Source: Psammoneis japonica (Eukaryota). Taken from it: DNA of 35,399 nt. The notes beneath the pieces are model-generated. The model was not told where the DNA came from, ran no database searches, and was given only the letters and a program-made list of their open reading frames with translations. Shown here piece after piece: positions 1-10,860 of the stretch. The translations under genes and the position numbers were made by a program. Position 1 is the first letter of the stretch. Each line of letters begins with the position of its first letter. The stretch covers positions 1 to 35,399 of the forward strand of contig QPGO01000375.1 in assembly GCA_008632985.1 (NCBI GenBank). The letters are read 5' to 3'.

Positions 1-820
1 TTGTCTCATTCCAACCGTCGGAACCAAGGCAGGCGATTTTGACAAATTTGGCCGATTCCCGACGTAGAGCCACGTAGGCACACACCAGCGTTCCGGGAAC
101 CGGCCGTCGCGTTCCCGGAGTGAGCGATGCACATGATATGACGCTGGAGGGTCATTTCTGGCTCGTAGAAATCTACATGTTGTCTGGTATTGAAATTCAA
201 AAAGTGCTCTCGACCCAACGTTGGTTCCTGCACATGCTGGCTACGACAATGTTGTGTAGGTCGCTGGTATATGACGTCGCGGAGTTCAATCGTGTTTGAT
301 TTGCACAAACCGACACTGACTGGGAAAAAGCAAATATAAATGAATAAACATATAAACGGAACCGCCTAATTAAAATGAATGTACATCTATATGCATTAAT
401 AATGTGGATAAAAAAGCAAACCCACGAAACGACACCGCGATCGAAGAGGCCGTCACCGTCGACAATGGCGTCTTCCAGCGGTCCCATGCCAAGAATACAT
501 CACCAGGATCACTCAATAGAGAGCCACATTAATGTATTTTGTTGGTCTCTGTGTTGCGTCAGTCCTCTAACTGATGGGTTCCTATGGAAACCGGTCAGTC
601 ACGTGGATGCGTCCTCACCTTCGGGTGCGCTTCGGCATCGGGGACCTCCGCCTCAGCGCACCCTCAGGTTCGGCCGCTCCGGCCTCCGTGGAATTTGTAC
701 GGGAGAACCGGCACTCAGCCTGCCGGCTTCGTGACCGGTTCCGATGACCTCAGCTGACGCTTCGGTCATTCCCGTACAAATTCCGCGTCGGCCGGCCAGT
801 GACTGAACGGTTTCCATACA
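1..820 (-). mobile_element. Young LTR, copy 1 (truncated by window start); reverse complement of 1566-2387
   Basis: 1-820 aligns to the reverse complement of 1566-2387 with about 30 differences. It ends ...tttccataCA at 820 and retains CpG and TpA. Strand is given only relative to copy 2. Confidence 0.8.
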
Positions 821-1565
821 GAACTGTGACTCAGAAATCACAATCCAGCACCCAAGGCAAGAACCACAGAAAAACTGCACAATTGCACCAGGTTAATGCT
901 GGGAGATGGCATTTTCCAGATTGCTGGAATCTCACCCACTTCTGGATCTCAATGCAAAATTTGCACAGAACTATGCATGGCCACCAGATGTGATTTCCAT
1001 TGCCAGAATGTGATTGCTGATTGCTGATTGGAGGTCAAGACGTTCACTTCTGGGGTGTGATTCCCAGATTGCTGATTGGCTGAGATGGATGATGATGTTG
1101 TGCAATGGATGATGATGACAAGATGAAATGTTGCAAGTCATGAAAACATGTTGCTCAATTGGCACCAACCACATGGCTTGCAGTGGTGCACACTGCACAA
1201 GTGGAACATTGACAATGACTTCATGGCAGTGTTTCTGTGTGCACATGACAGACAATGCCATGTGTGAATGGCACTGCACAATGAGACAGGATGACACACC
1301 ATCATCTGTTGCTTGCTGTCATGAAGCTGTTGCAGTCAAATGTAAAAGGACAAACATGGGCAACCTCAACTTTTTGCACCCACACAATTTTCACAGTGAA
1401 ACAGAATTTTTGATTGCAGAAAATGCCAAATCAAACAAAACCATGTCTCCATTTAATTTCTCTGTTTAAATGCATGAAGAGCTTTGTCAGCTGATTCTTT
1501 CTCATGACTCCCCCAGAAGACAAAACAAATGTAAAACAAACAACTGACCTGGACCACATGGATTC

Positions 1566-2532
1566 TGTATGGAAACCATTCAGTCACTGGCCGGCCGACG
1601 CGGAATTTGTACGGGAATGACCGAAGCGTCAGCTGAGGTCATCGGAACCGGTCACGAAGCCGGCAGGCTGAGTGCCGGTTCTCCCGTACAAATTCCACGG
1701 AGGCNNNNNNNNNNNNNNNNNNNNNNNNNNNNNNNNNNNNNNNNNNNNNNNNNNNNNNNNNNNNNNNNNNNNNNNNNNNNNNNNNNNNNNNNNNNNNNNN
1801 NNNNNNNNNNNNNNNNNNGAGGACTGACGCAACACAGAGACCAACAAAACACATTAATGTGGATCTCTATCGAGTGATCCTGGTGATGTATTCTTGGCAT
1901 AGGACCACTGGAAGACGCCATTGTCGACGGTGACGGCCTCGTCGATCGCGGTGTCGTTTCGTGGGTTTGCTTTTTCATCTACATTGTTAATGCATATAGA
2001 TGTACATTCATTTTAATTAGGCGGTTCCGTTCACATGTTTGTTCATTTATATTTGCTTTTTCCCAGTCAGCATCGGTTTGTGCAAATCAAACACGATTGA
2101 ACTCCGCGACGTCACATGCCAGCGACCTACACAACATTGTCGTAGCCAGCATGTGCAGGAACCAACGTTGGGTCGAGAGCACTTTTTGAATTTCAATGCC
2201 AGACAACATGTAGATTTCTACGAGCCAGAAATGACCCTCCAGTGCCATGTCATGTGCATCGCTCACTCCGGGAACGCGATGGCCGGTTCCCGGGAACGCT
2301 GGTATATGCCCACGTGGCTCTACGTCGGGAATTGGCCGAATTTGTCAAAAATCGCCTGCGCTGGTTCCGACGGTTGGAATGAGACAAAATTCAAATATTG
2401 GTTCCCACCCGTGTACCAAGTTCCCACGTAGCTTCTACACAACCGCCAAAATGGTCTCGGTCACAATGACTCCAGTTTCCATGCACAGTCTACACAGCGC
2501 TACGAAGAACAATGTCAGTCCGATAACTGACA
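1566..2532 (+). mobile_element. Young solo LTR, copy 2 (~970 bp, TGT...ACA) with 5-bp TSD
   Basis: Starts TGTatgg (1566) and ends aactgACA (2532). Flanked by gattc (1561-1565) and ggttc (2533-2537). The paralogous empty site reads catg-ggttc-cttgtgcaagcaccc (ggttc at 3580-3584). True polarity is unknown. Confidence 0.8.
1705..1818. other. Assembly gap (114 N) inside the solo LTR
   Basis: Run of N. Its flanks match the reverse complement of 682-691 and 558-568, so it corresponds to ~569-681 of copy 1. Confidence 0.95.
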
Positions 2533-3779
2533 GGTTCCATGTGCAAGCACCCAGTGTCTCATCTCACTCTGGTCCTTCACCTTGGTGCAACCCTCAGGGT
2601 TGGGAGCCCCCCCTTGGGTTTGGCCTCAGTGTGGCCGGGTTGCTCATGGAATTTCTTGCAATCACCAGCATGCTCCATGCTTGGCAGTGATTGCTCAGCA
2701 AATTCCTGGTTCCGGACATGGGACAAGGTTCTTCTTCCTTGTTAAAATCCATGCAGTCCAGGTCAGCCTTTTGTTTTGTGCAGCAATCAACAAAAGTGTG
2801 CAACAAAAAGTCATTGCAATTTTCAGCCATGTGAAACCCACACAGTGATCAAAGCATGTTCTCCACCGGTGGGTGGCAACCACTTCATCATGATCCAGCA
2901 CCCAGTCAAGAACCACAGAACAATCATGCAATCACACTGGGTCAATGCCCGGAGGTGGCATTTTCCAGATTACTGGAATTTCACCTGCTGTTGGATCTGA
3001 GTACAAAATTTGTGCACAGAACCATGCTCAGCTGCTGAATGTGACATCAGTTGCTGCCAGGATGTGATTGCCAATCGCTGGTTGGTTGAGATGTTTGCTG
3101 CCAGGAAGTGATTCCCTGATTGCTGGTTGGTTAAGATGGATGATGACACCATGTGGTGGATGACACTGACAAGATAAAACATTGTGAGTCATGAAGACAT
3201 TGCTCACTTGGCCCAACAATGTGGCTTGCAGTGGTGCACACCACACCTGTGGAACAACAACAGTGATGGAATGGTGATTCCATGTGAATCATTGACAATG
3301 CCATGTGCAAACATTGCCACACAACACAACAGGATGACGCATTGTTTTCTGTTGCCTGCAGTCATGAAGCCATTGCAGTTAAATGCAACTTTTTCCACAC
3401 CCATGCAATTTCCACAATGAAATGGAACTTTGATTGTAGAAAATGCCAAATCAAACAAAAACATGTTTCTGTTTAATTTCTCTGTTCAAATGCACAAAAA
3501 GCTTTGTCAACCAATTCTTTCTCTCTTCCCCACTCCACAAAACACACATGCAAAACAAATGACTGACCTGGGCTGCATGGGTTCCTTGTGCAAGCACCCA
3601 GTGTCCCATCTCAATTTGGTCTTACTCTTGGGGTTGGGGCCCCCCTTGGGTTCAGCCTTGGAACCACCAGATTGGTTGCAGAATTTGTCACAATCACTGC
3701 CAGCATGCTCTGCACTTGATGGTGATCACTCCACAAATTCCTGATTCTGGATGCATGACAGGGCACTTGCTTGTCAATG

Positions 3780-5330
3780 CCAGTTGCCCACCATTTGGGG
3801 GACACACTGCTCCATTGAAACAGACACAAAGACAAACACCTTGGCAACAAACCAGAGATGTGGGACACCAGTGGGCTTGGTTTGCGGGGCAACTTGGCCA
3901 TTCATGTGAAATTTAGGCATGCAGCATTGTTTTCACACACAACAGATGCAGGTGAGACATTCTGCTTAACAGGCAAGTCAGCGGCACCTTGGTCAGTGAG
4001 CTCAAAAGCTTTGGAGTGAATTGCAGTGGGATTGCAGTGGTCAGACTTTCCAAGTGAGTGGCAGTTGAGCTCCTTGAGCACTTGACAAACAGGAATGTCA
4101 TGCACAGCCTGCAACAATGTGACATGTTCCACTTCCACAGTCTTCAACCCCACAAGAGTCTGCAGCTTGGTCACCTGAACAAGTGGACAGCTGCCACAAT
4201 GGATGGGGTGTCCAGTCCTGGACTTAACTGAAACTGGGTCTTGCCCATCTTCCACACCAAACCAGCCCATGAAGTCAGAATTGACATGACAATCAACTCA
4301 ATGGTCTTGTGCAAGCTTAAGAATGAGACCTTCAGTGGCAGTGGTGTTGAGGTGCCTGAGTGTCTGCCTCACTGCAGCAGTGTGGGATGCTTGGGGTGCA
4401 AATAAAAAATGTGCATTTAGCCAGCTGTGTGATGACAGATGCAACAACATTCCAACAACAGAACAACAATCACAGGGTTCATGGAAAGGCAGGCCATCCA
4501 TGTTGGCACCAACAGGCACAGGCAGTGCCAGAGCAGAAGCCCTGTTGCAATCCTTCATTTGGGGGCAGTGTGCAGGACCTTGCCAATTAAACCAGGTTGG
4601 GTTGGCAAACATCATCCTTGGAGTGCTTGTTGATCTTGATTTCAAAGAAGTCACTGATGTCTCCTTCATCCCAAGTTTTGAAATGCATGGCGATGCTCAT
4701 TGTCAGAGACTCCCAGCTTGTGAACCTCCTTTTCCAGACCTTTTGCTGACACACCAGTGAATGCTGTGTCATTGACATGCACATCACACATCATGCCTTC
4801 CTTAAAGTGCAGACATGGGTCTGAGCACTTGGGAGATTGCTCAAGGCCATGCAGTCCTTTCAAAAGCTTGAGTGCCACATGGAGTCTCAACCTCAGTGCA
4901 AACCCTTTTGGCCATGATGTGTGACATTCTTTGGTGATGCCAACTTGGCAAAAGGCTGCAGCACAGTCTGCTTGACCTGCAGTCCATCCCTCCTTCAACA
5001 CAGCCATGAGCATCAGTCAGATGCCAGGCCATTGCACTGCTGGCACACAAATCTCAAAACAAGAGCCAACTCCATTTTCTGTAAATCACCTTAGATGCAG
5101 AGCCGGGTCTTGTGCTTCAACAGCATTCCATCTGGTGGCATCTTGAGTTTGAAAGCCCACGTGCTGGGAAGCACACTCATCTTCAGCATGTGTTTGACTG
5201 GCTTCCAGGCTCATCACAGGATGAACAAGTTGACTTCAGTCTTCATTGCCTTGATCCACTCACCCACATCCAGACTCTTCAGAGCAATGTGTGGCAAAGG
5301 CATGTCAGGGTAGATTTTGGATTTTCTTGC
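3780..5330 (-). pseudogene. pol: Copia A reverse transcriptase + RNase H remnant
   Basis: VLPSTWAFKLK; LKLLKGLHGLEQSP (cf. KSLYGLKQSP); SDPCLH..DVHVND (cf. YVDD, ~4766-4777); SVVGMLLHLSS; VDCHVNSDF..GVEDGQDPVSVKSRTG; VCENNAACL. Confidence 0.9.
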
Positions 5331-5929
5331 TTGCCACATGTGCCACAGGATCCCCAATGTTGCGTGTGCCAGTGTCCAAATCCATCTCAAGAGTGGCCAG
5401 ATGTGCCAGCTGAGCTTTGTGTCCAATCCACACCTCTGCTTCATCAAAAGAGCTGAGACACACTTCATCTGTCATTTTCAAAGAATGGAGCTGTCCTTTG
5501 GTCAGGAGGTGCTTTGACTGGAGGTGGTGTGGCTGTTGTTGGCTCAGGAGGTGCTTCATGTGGTGGAAGTTTGTCACTTTCTTGAGGCAGAGGTGGCTGA
5601 ATTGGCACAGACTCTAAAGAATCCACTGCTTCTTGAGTCCCAGGTGTGACTGGAGATGCAGCTTGAGTTGGCTCTTGAGTTGTGAGCATGACTCAATTCA
5701 GTGCATCATTGCAAAAAGCAAGTGGATCTTTCCCAGATGTCAGTGGAGTTGGTTGGAAGTCGTCATGAGTGTGAGTCTCTCTGGCCATTTCTTGCTCCTT
5801 GCTTTGGCATTCAGGAGGAGAGAGCCACTCATCTCACAGGTGGACCATCTGGCCCTTCTCCAGAGAGATGCAAATTGACTGCTTGAGACACAGTTGCTCC
5901 CAGTGATTGGGTGGATCTGTCTCCCTCTC

Positions 5930-6900
5930 AATCAACATGGCACAGCAGTGAACAGATTGTCAAGAAACAAATGATGCTTGGGAGCAACCTTTCCAGTTTG
6001 AAGATTGAGTGCAAGGGGTGTCTCACTTAAATGGGTCACACTCAAACCAATGAAAAGAGCATGGTGAGTGCAGGGTTGCCATTGAGGTGACTTCTTCCTG
6101 GATGCAAAAACCAGGTCAAGGATGTGTGCCAGTTGCACCCACATGACAATGTCTCTCAAGCAATGATGAGGCACTGTGGGGCTGGTGAAAATTTCCACTG
6201 GGCAATGCCCTTGAACATTGAGGGTGACATTGCAGATGTGCTTGGCACAAGATGCAGCCATGGGCCATGGTGAGCTGTTGACCCCTCCCTCCCAACGATT
6301 GATGCATGGAGGAGCACCCCTCTTGCCATGTTGGAGACCAATCAGATGCTGTGTTCAGCTGCTCCATTCTGATGGTGGGCATCATTGGCGCCACAGAACA
6401 TAAGACATTTCTTCTGCTTTCTTGTCTGCTGGATAAAAGAGTTGGCCTTGAATGTGCCACTGCTGGCAAGAAATTTTTGACAACCCCATGGTCCAGAGCA
6501 TGTTTCTCAAAGGCTTGTTTTTCTCAAATCATCTCTGCAGCGGAGAAACTGAGAGTTGACTCACCATGTGAGTTAAAGGTTGGGCCTGAGAGGCATGACT
6601 TAATGTGATCAATGCTGACAGCCTGACCCAGTTGTAAATGGTCAGCTTGAAGGGCCCTGTCACATTCAAGGACTGCCCTCTTGTGGTTGAAACTAAGAGA
6701 TCTTCTTTGACCTGTGCTTCACATCTTGGATGGTCACACTTTGCCACTGCTTGAACCAATTCAAAAAGAAAGGAAATGTGCAGAGAAGGGCTTGCACATG
6801 ACCAAAGTTCAAATGACCAAAACAGGCATGCATGTCTCAGAAAAGCTTCTGACTCACCCTCAGATTTCGATTCTCTGTCATGGATGCAACAGGCAAGTGG
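5930..6900 (-). pseudogene. pol: Copia A integrase remnant
   Basis: ENRNLRVSQK (pre-integrase); HHQNGAAEHSI..VSNMARGVLLHAS (cf. HHQNGVAERAI); WPMAA; LALNLQTGKVAPKHHLFLDNLF (cf. TGxISPQYHVVFDD). Confidence 0.88.
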
Positions 6901-6999
6901 CTTGATGGGCAATGCGGCATGCCCAACTTCCCTGCACCATCAACAAAAGTGTGCTGGTCACTTTCATGCTTTCTGTAGACTTGCTTCTCTTTGACAAAG

Positions 7000-7620
7000 A
7001 GGCGCTGTGGTGAAAACAGATGTTTGTGGGTGCCAGGGATGCAGTGTGCCATGGAACTCAGTTGTTGGATGTCAGCACAGCTCGGCATCATGAAGATCCA
7101 TGTGGTTGGTCTGGCATCTTGGATGGTCAAACTGTTGGATGTCAAGCTGCAGCTGCTGCTTGGGGATGACAACAGTCCAGTGAAAACTCATCCTTGTCAC
7201 AGGTGACAGCCAATGTGGCACTGGCATCCATGATGACATTCCAGAGACTCATTGGACATGTCAATTGGTGCCTGCAAATTGGGTGCCAGCAGCTTGGCAC
7301 TGCAAACAACTGGTCTAACATGTGCTTCTTCCAATGAAAAAAATGGGATCATGAAATTGAGCAGTGTCCATGATGTGACAAGGGATGCAGAGCTCCTCAA
7401 ACTGGAAGAAATCAGAGCTGAAGTCCTCAAGCACATCAAAGAAGTGCTTTTGCTCATCTGAAGGTTTGGTTCCTCACAAGTGTCAAAGAATGTTGATTTG
7501 TCAATCCAGTCTGACCATTCCACTGCTTCTGGGATCTTGCAGTGGCCGTGGAGATGCTTGCTCCCCTGTGCGTGCAATGGGTGGGGCATGACAAAGTCAA
7601 CAATTGAATGGACTTGGGAG
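7000..7620 (-). pseudogene. Copia A protease-region remnant
   Basis: SIVDF (cf. IVDSG) near 7600 and PGTHKHLFSPQRLF near 7010. The position between gag and integrase fits. Confidence 0.5.
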
Positions 7621-7989
7621 CCAGTTGTTGAAAGGTGGCACAGTGTGTTCAAAAATGGGCACTCAGGCTGTTGGTCCATGTGCACTGCTGACCACCAGAC
7701 CATGATGGCTGTGGACAGCACCATCCATGATGCCAGAAAGCCATGGAAGGTGGGCACTCTGCTCTGGGAATGTGGAGTGCCAGGAATGCAAGGCACATGT
7801 GCAAAACAAACACACAAGAACATTCCCAAAAGACAACCACAAGCCAAAACACAGAGAGTTTGGCTCATTCCAAAATTGATCGATGCAAAGAGGTCTTGTC
7901 TTCATCACACTCATGACAATTGTCCACACCAAGGTCTTCTGGATTACAAAGTCAAAGCCATGGTGCCAACACTTGGCAGCAAGTCAGGT

Positions 7990-9330
7990 GGGAGTGTGAA
8001 AGAACTCATGTGGATGCTTGACAGAATGCAGCTTCAAGACCAGAAACAACTCAATGGCTGGGGGGTCGTTTTCAAATGCAGAGAAGGTGTTGGAGCATTC
8101 ATGGAAGTTGTGGTCATCTTTGGGAGTGATTGTCTTAACCACGATTGGAGACACCACTGAATCCACAACTTGGCAAGTGTTTGGTGAGCTTGATTTGATG
8201 CAATTCTCCTTGAAACTAATTTCCTTGTTGCTCTCCCTCTTGGCCGAAGGTGCAGGAGTGACCATTGCTGTCACAGTTGCAGTGGCAGCAAGAAAACTTG
8301 GGTCATCCATGGCATCCGCAGCTGCACACCCCACACCCGTGTGTGCCAACTTGTGTGGGTCAGACTCCTTGGCACAAGGCTCCTTGGCAGTCTGAGCCAG
8401 TGGGCCCACAGGTGTGCCACTGTTGGGATCCATGACTTGAGACAGTTGACCAGCTGGTTCTTCCTTTGCAGGGTGCTTGAAGTCATCCTTGTGCTCCACC
8501 TCAGAGCGGTGTGGGGTCATCAGCAGACTTGGGATCCAGATTAGCATCCTTCCCCAACACTTCTTGGTGCTCTCCAGATTTTCAGATGATGACAGGTTGC
8601 CCTCAGGAAGTTTTGAGACCAAAGCCAGCCACTCCCTGTTTTTGATGTGCTCATTGTGTTGCTCTTGGATCCACACAACAACACTGATCAGTCCCAGGTC
8701 ATCACAGTCACTGCATGACTTGATTTCAGCAGGGTCCTTGAGCCCACACTTGTGCTCCATCTTCTACATGTCATCAAGCTTGTTGTGAGTGAGCCAATGG
8801 AAATGTGCAGAGGATGTCTTGGAGATCTCATGAAGTGTCTTGGAGCCCATGTTTGCCAGCAGTGTGCAGTCGGTCTGCATGATCTTCACAATGCAAAGAG
8901 CTTGGGCAGTGAAGTTGGTGCAGTCCTTGTCAGGGCAGATGTCCAAAGCAAGGTCTTCTAGATTCTTCTCAGCCACATCAACATCAGCTGGAGCACTGGT
9001 GTTGCAAGCATCAAGTGCCATCACGAACAGTGCTGATCTTGGGCAGTCTTCAAGTCCTTGAAGTGGTTGAACCTGGTCTCAATTTTCTCTCAAAAAGTGA
9101 TTGTGTTTCTAGAGCAAACCAGAAGCTGAGAGAAGCCAACATTGTTGAGCTCGCAATGTCATCATGGCATGCATCATCACTGGTGGTGTTCCAGGTCTCA
9201 TGCTCAATCTTGAGGTCACTCATGGGAAACTCATGCAGATGGTCAAAAAGACAGATGACTTTGCCACCAGCAAAGAAAAAATCTGAGTCATTTGGGTTGA
9301 TGTCTGTCATGGTCATGTCAGAGGGAGGCT
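7990..9330 (-). pseudogene. gag: Copia A gag remnant
   Basis: ALDACNTS..LEDLALDICPDKDCTNFTAQALCIVKIMQ..MEHKCGLKDP..WLALVSKLPEGN resembles diatom copia Gag as I recall it. It lies upstream of pol on the same strand. Confidence 0.7.
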
Positions 9331-9549
9331 CTTCCAAAGACAAGCCAGATGGAGTGGAGCCACCAGGTTTCTTGCATGCTGGAGAAAGAGTGGACTCTTG
9401 GTCCTGCAGAACAAAGTTTTCCTGCATGATGTCCTGGAATTGAGCCACGAGACAAGCAAGCTGTGGTGCTCCTGTTGCAAGCTGGTGACAGATTTTTGAT
9501 GTTGCCCCTCCAACAAAGTCAAGCATTTTTCTTGATCTGCTTGCAGACA

Positions 9550-10860
9550 AAGAATTTCTTGTTTTGGATCAGCCAATTCATTGGATGGGAGCTTTTGATT
9601 GGGAAAACCAATCATGGGAGGAACAGATCCAGCCAGGAAATTGAGTGCTTCAGTGAATGTGAGAAAGGGTTGAACACCCACTTGCTTTGGCACTGGTGGA
9701 GGCTGTTCAGATTCATCTGGAGGGGGGAGGAGGAACATTGGAACCATCCTGAGAAATGTCAGATGAGGCAAAGGAGACCCAACCGCAAATGCCAGCCAAG
9801 GTGACACAGTCAGTTGTTTCCAAGACTTCATCAGAAGCTCCTTGAATCAAGGGATGAGGATGTCCAGCAGCCAGCAACAAGTCTTTTGTGGAGAGCTTGG
9901 TTTACAAGGATGCTTTGACAAGAAGTGCTGTGCTTCCATTTGGATGGAACGATGTCCAAGACACCATCAATCTGACTGATGGGAGCACCAAGGCAAGAAT
10001 TTATCATCTCAGGACAGTCAATCAATGGAGTGATGCATGTCTTCTTTTGAGTGGCATGTTGGCTGAGCACGGCCTTGTGACATTTGTCCGGATGAGTGCA
10101 ATGCCAGCAAGAGAGAATGAGAAATTGAGGATGATCCTTAAGAACATCCAAAAAAGCTTTGATGACTTCTTTGGCCTTGTCATGAGAAGTCTTGACAGAG
10201 CAAAACTTTGTGCACAGGTCATTGTCCTTTGGAGAGGTGACTTGATGAGGGACAAGATAGATTGGCAGTTTTGCATCATGATGGAGAGAAACAACAGGAG
10301 CCTGAAGATGATGGAAAGCCAAATTAGCAGAGTGTCATTTCAGAAGATTGCCAGCAAGCTGAGCAATGCCCACAACATTTGCAACTGTCTCTTCCCATTG
10401 CATTGGTGCACATTGATGAGTGCCACCCATGCAGTGCATGATGAAGTGTTGAGAACAAGTTAAACCAGAAGTCCATTCCACCATGTTGTTCTCTGGGAGA
10501 ATCTTGCCACAATTGGTGCAAATGGTCACCTCATTGCTCAGAGGGTCCTGAGAAGCTTTCTGCTGCAAGTGTTGAGAATCATCGAGTGGCCTGTGGCAAA
10601 CACCACAGATGCACCAGGGTCATTGGATGCATGCTTGAAATGCAGAGCAATCTCTTGTGTTTCTTTTGAGGAGGACAAACCAGAGCCAGCTCTGGGAGGA
10701 GTGGGAGGAGCTTTGTCCTTGTCATTGGGGAGATCAGGTTGAGGATCACTGGTGGGGCGAGCCTGCGGTGGCAGAGGGGTCATCATGGTGACAAAAGCTT
10801 GGCACAAAAAGCATGCAGAATTCCACATGGAAATCGTTGATGTGCAGCTGCACAAAAAAG
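9550..10860 (-). pseudogene. Degenerate TE-like ORF, possibly ORF1 of a non-LTR element
   Basis: Protein-like frames 9831-10322 (..KEVIKAFLDVLKDHPQF..IDGVLDIVPSK..ILV) and 10335-10855 with Pro-rich linkers. The family assignment rests on resemblance only. Confidence 0.3.

Larger units (their letters stand above)
838..3775. repeat. Degenerate ~1.05-kb tandem duplication; first copy split by the solo LTR
   Basis: 838-1565 matches 2886-3584 (e.g. atccagcaccc..aagaaccacagaa, gaaaatgccaaatcaaacaaaa). 2533-2745 matches 3580-3775 (gtgcaagcacccagtgtc, cccccttgggtt). Short internal gattgctg(a/g)ttgg repeats. Confidence 0.85.
3780..9330 (-). mobile_element. Degenerate Ty1/copia (CoDi-like) retrotransposon A, internal region
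   Basis: Gag, protease, integrase, RT and RNase H remnants lie in copia order on the minus strand. Many frameshifts and deletions. No LTR pair identified. Confidence 0.9.

Noticed and set aside
571..592. ctgatggg...ggaaac resembling a hammerhead ribozyme core
   Set aside because: It reads CUGAUGG rather than CUGANGA, the stem overlaps the GAAA, and I see no convincing stems I/III.
1..2387. Single foldback element with ~820-bp TIRs
   Set aside because: The right arm continues to 2532, has TG..CA ends and its own 5-bp TSD, and interrupts a repeat whose empty site is visible at ~3580.
2401..2415. cccacccgtg-TA resembling a mariner TIR end
   Set aside because: No partner TIR found, including in the gap-equivalent part of copy 1.
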